Positions 63,600-64,000 of a DNA stretch of 64,000 nucleotides are shown one piece after another (positions within the stretch are counted from its first letter, which is position 1; every line of letters starts with the position of its first letter). Both the position numbers and the translations under genes were made by a program. This DNA comes from a bacterium (GTDB lineage Bacteria > UBA8248 > JACPRG01 > G963555815): positions 96,001 to 160,000 of the forward strand of contig CBDHDG010000003.1 of the NCBI GenBank assembly GCA_965261595.1, written 5' to 3'. The notes under the pieces were generated by a model, which was not told where the DNA came from, made no database searches, and saw only the letters and a list, made by a program, of their open reading frames with translations.

Positions 63600-64000
63600 C
63601 GGACGTATTCGCCCACGGTGTGCGCCACGGTCTCATGCTCGTATGGAATTCCAGTATACCCAGCGTGACTGTCCGTGTAGACGGTGCTCCCGCGGCGGAC
63701 GTTCCTGGCGATCTCCTTTTTCACCGTGGCTCCGTCCGTCCCGTCAATCGGGAAGGCCCGCACATCCCCTCCGCGTTCCTTGATCCCCATGACGGCTTGT
63801 TTGCCGACGGCTCCGCGGCCTTCGTTCAGCTTCTTCGACTTGTGCTTGTTGGCCTCCTTACCGCCGATGAAGGACTCGTCAATCTCGACCTCTCCTGGCC
63901 CCAGGGGACCTCCCTGCTCGTCGTAAGCCTCCCTGATGCGATGCGCGAGGAACCATCCGGTTTTCTGCGTCACACCCAACTGCTTCGCCAGCTGGACGCT
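63600..64000 (-). pseudogene. IS1595-family transposase, 3'-truncated by IS3, 5' end outside the window
   Basis: LGVTQKTGWFLAHRIRE, VEIDE.FIGG, GRG..GK..V.G..ER and VYTD....Y. Confidence 0.9.

Noticed and set aside
1..64000. CRISPR array, tRNA or rRNA genes
   Set aside because: No regularly spaced direct repeats, cloverleaf or rRNA-like sequence was recognised. GGTTCG-type motifs near 52375 and 55460 lack tRNA arms.
1..64000. Complete DGR (reverse transcriptase, Avd, template repeat)
   Set aside because: No RT motif ORF and no AAC-rich second copy of the 31.4-kb region was seen, so only a candidate target is reported.

Overview
GC-rich bacterial chromosome segment in two parts. From about 1 to 26 kb it is mostly intact housekeeping, transport and catabolic genes: udg-coaBC-gmk-yicC, RqcH/NFACT, three paralogous DMT exporters with a nitrilase and NCS2 permease, a B12 radical SAM protein, ltaE, an LLM oxidoreductase, a ComD/E-like decarboxylase pair, MFS and SDR. 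A small IS3/integrase-relic/NYN islet lies at 12-15 kb. From about 26 to 64 kb it is an IS-riddled, decaying accessory region with a split hisF/hisIE locus, a large surface-glycosylation cluster carrying many frameshifts and stops, and IS3, IS256, IS1380 and IS1595 elements, some nested. The most interesting signals are four. (1) A truncated FGE/C-type-lectin-fold gene whose 3' end looks like a diversity-generating retroelement (DGR) variable region, with no RT or template repeat seen in the window. (2) A transposase-free cassette bounded by ~85-bp inverted repeats that carries an AT-rich gene. (3) A ~260-bp palindrome made of two inverted copies of a structured unit. (4) A hairpin leader in front of a solo NYN nuclease. 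All calls are from reading the sequence by eye; no searches were run.
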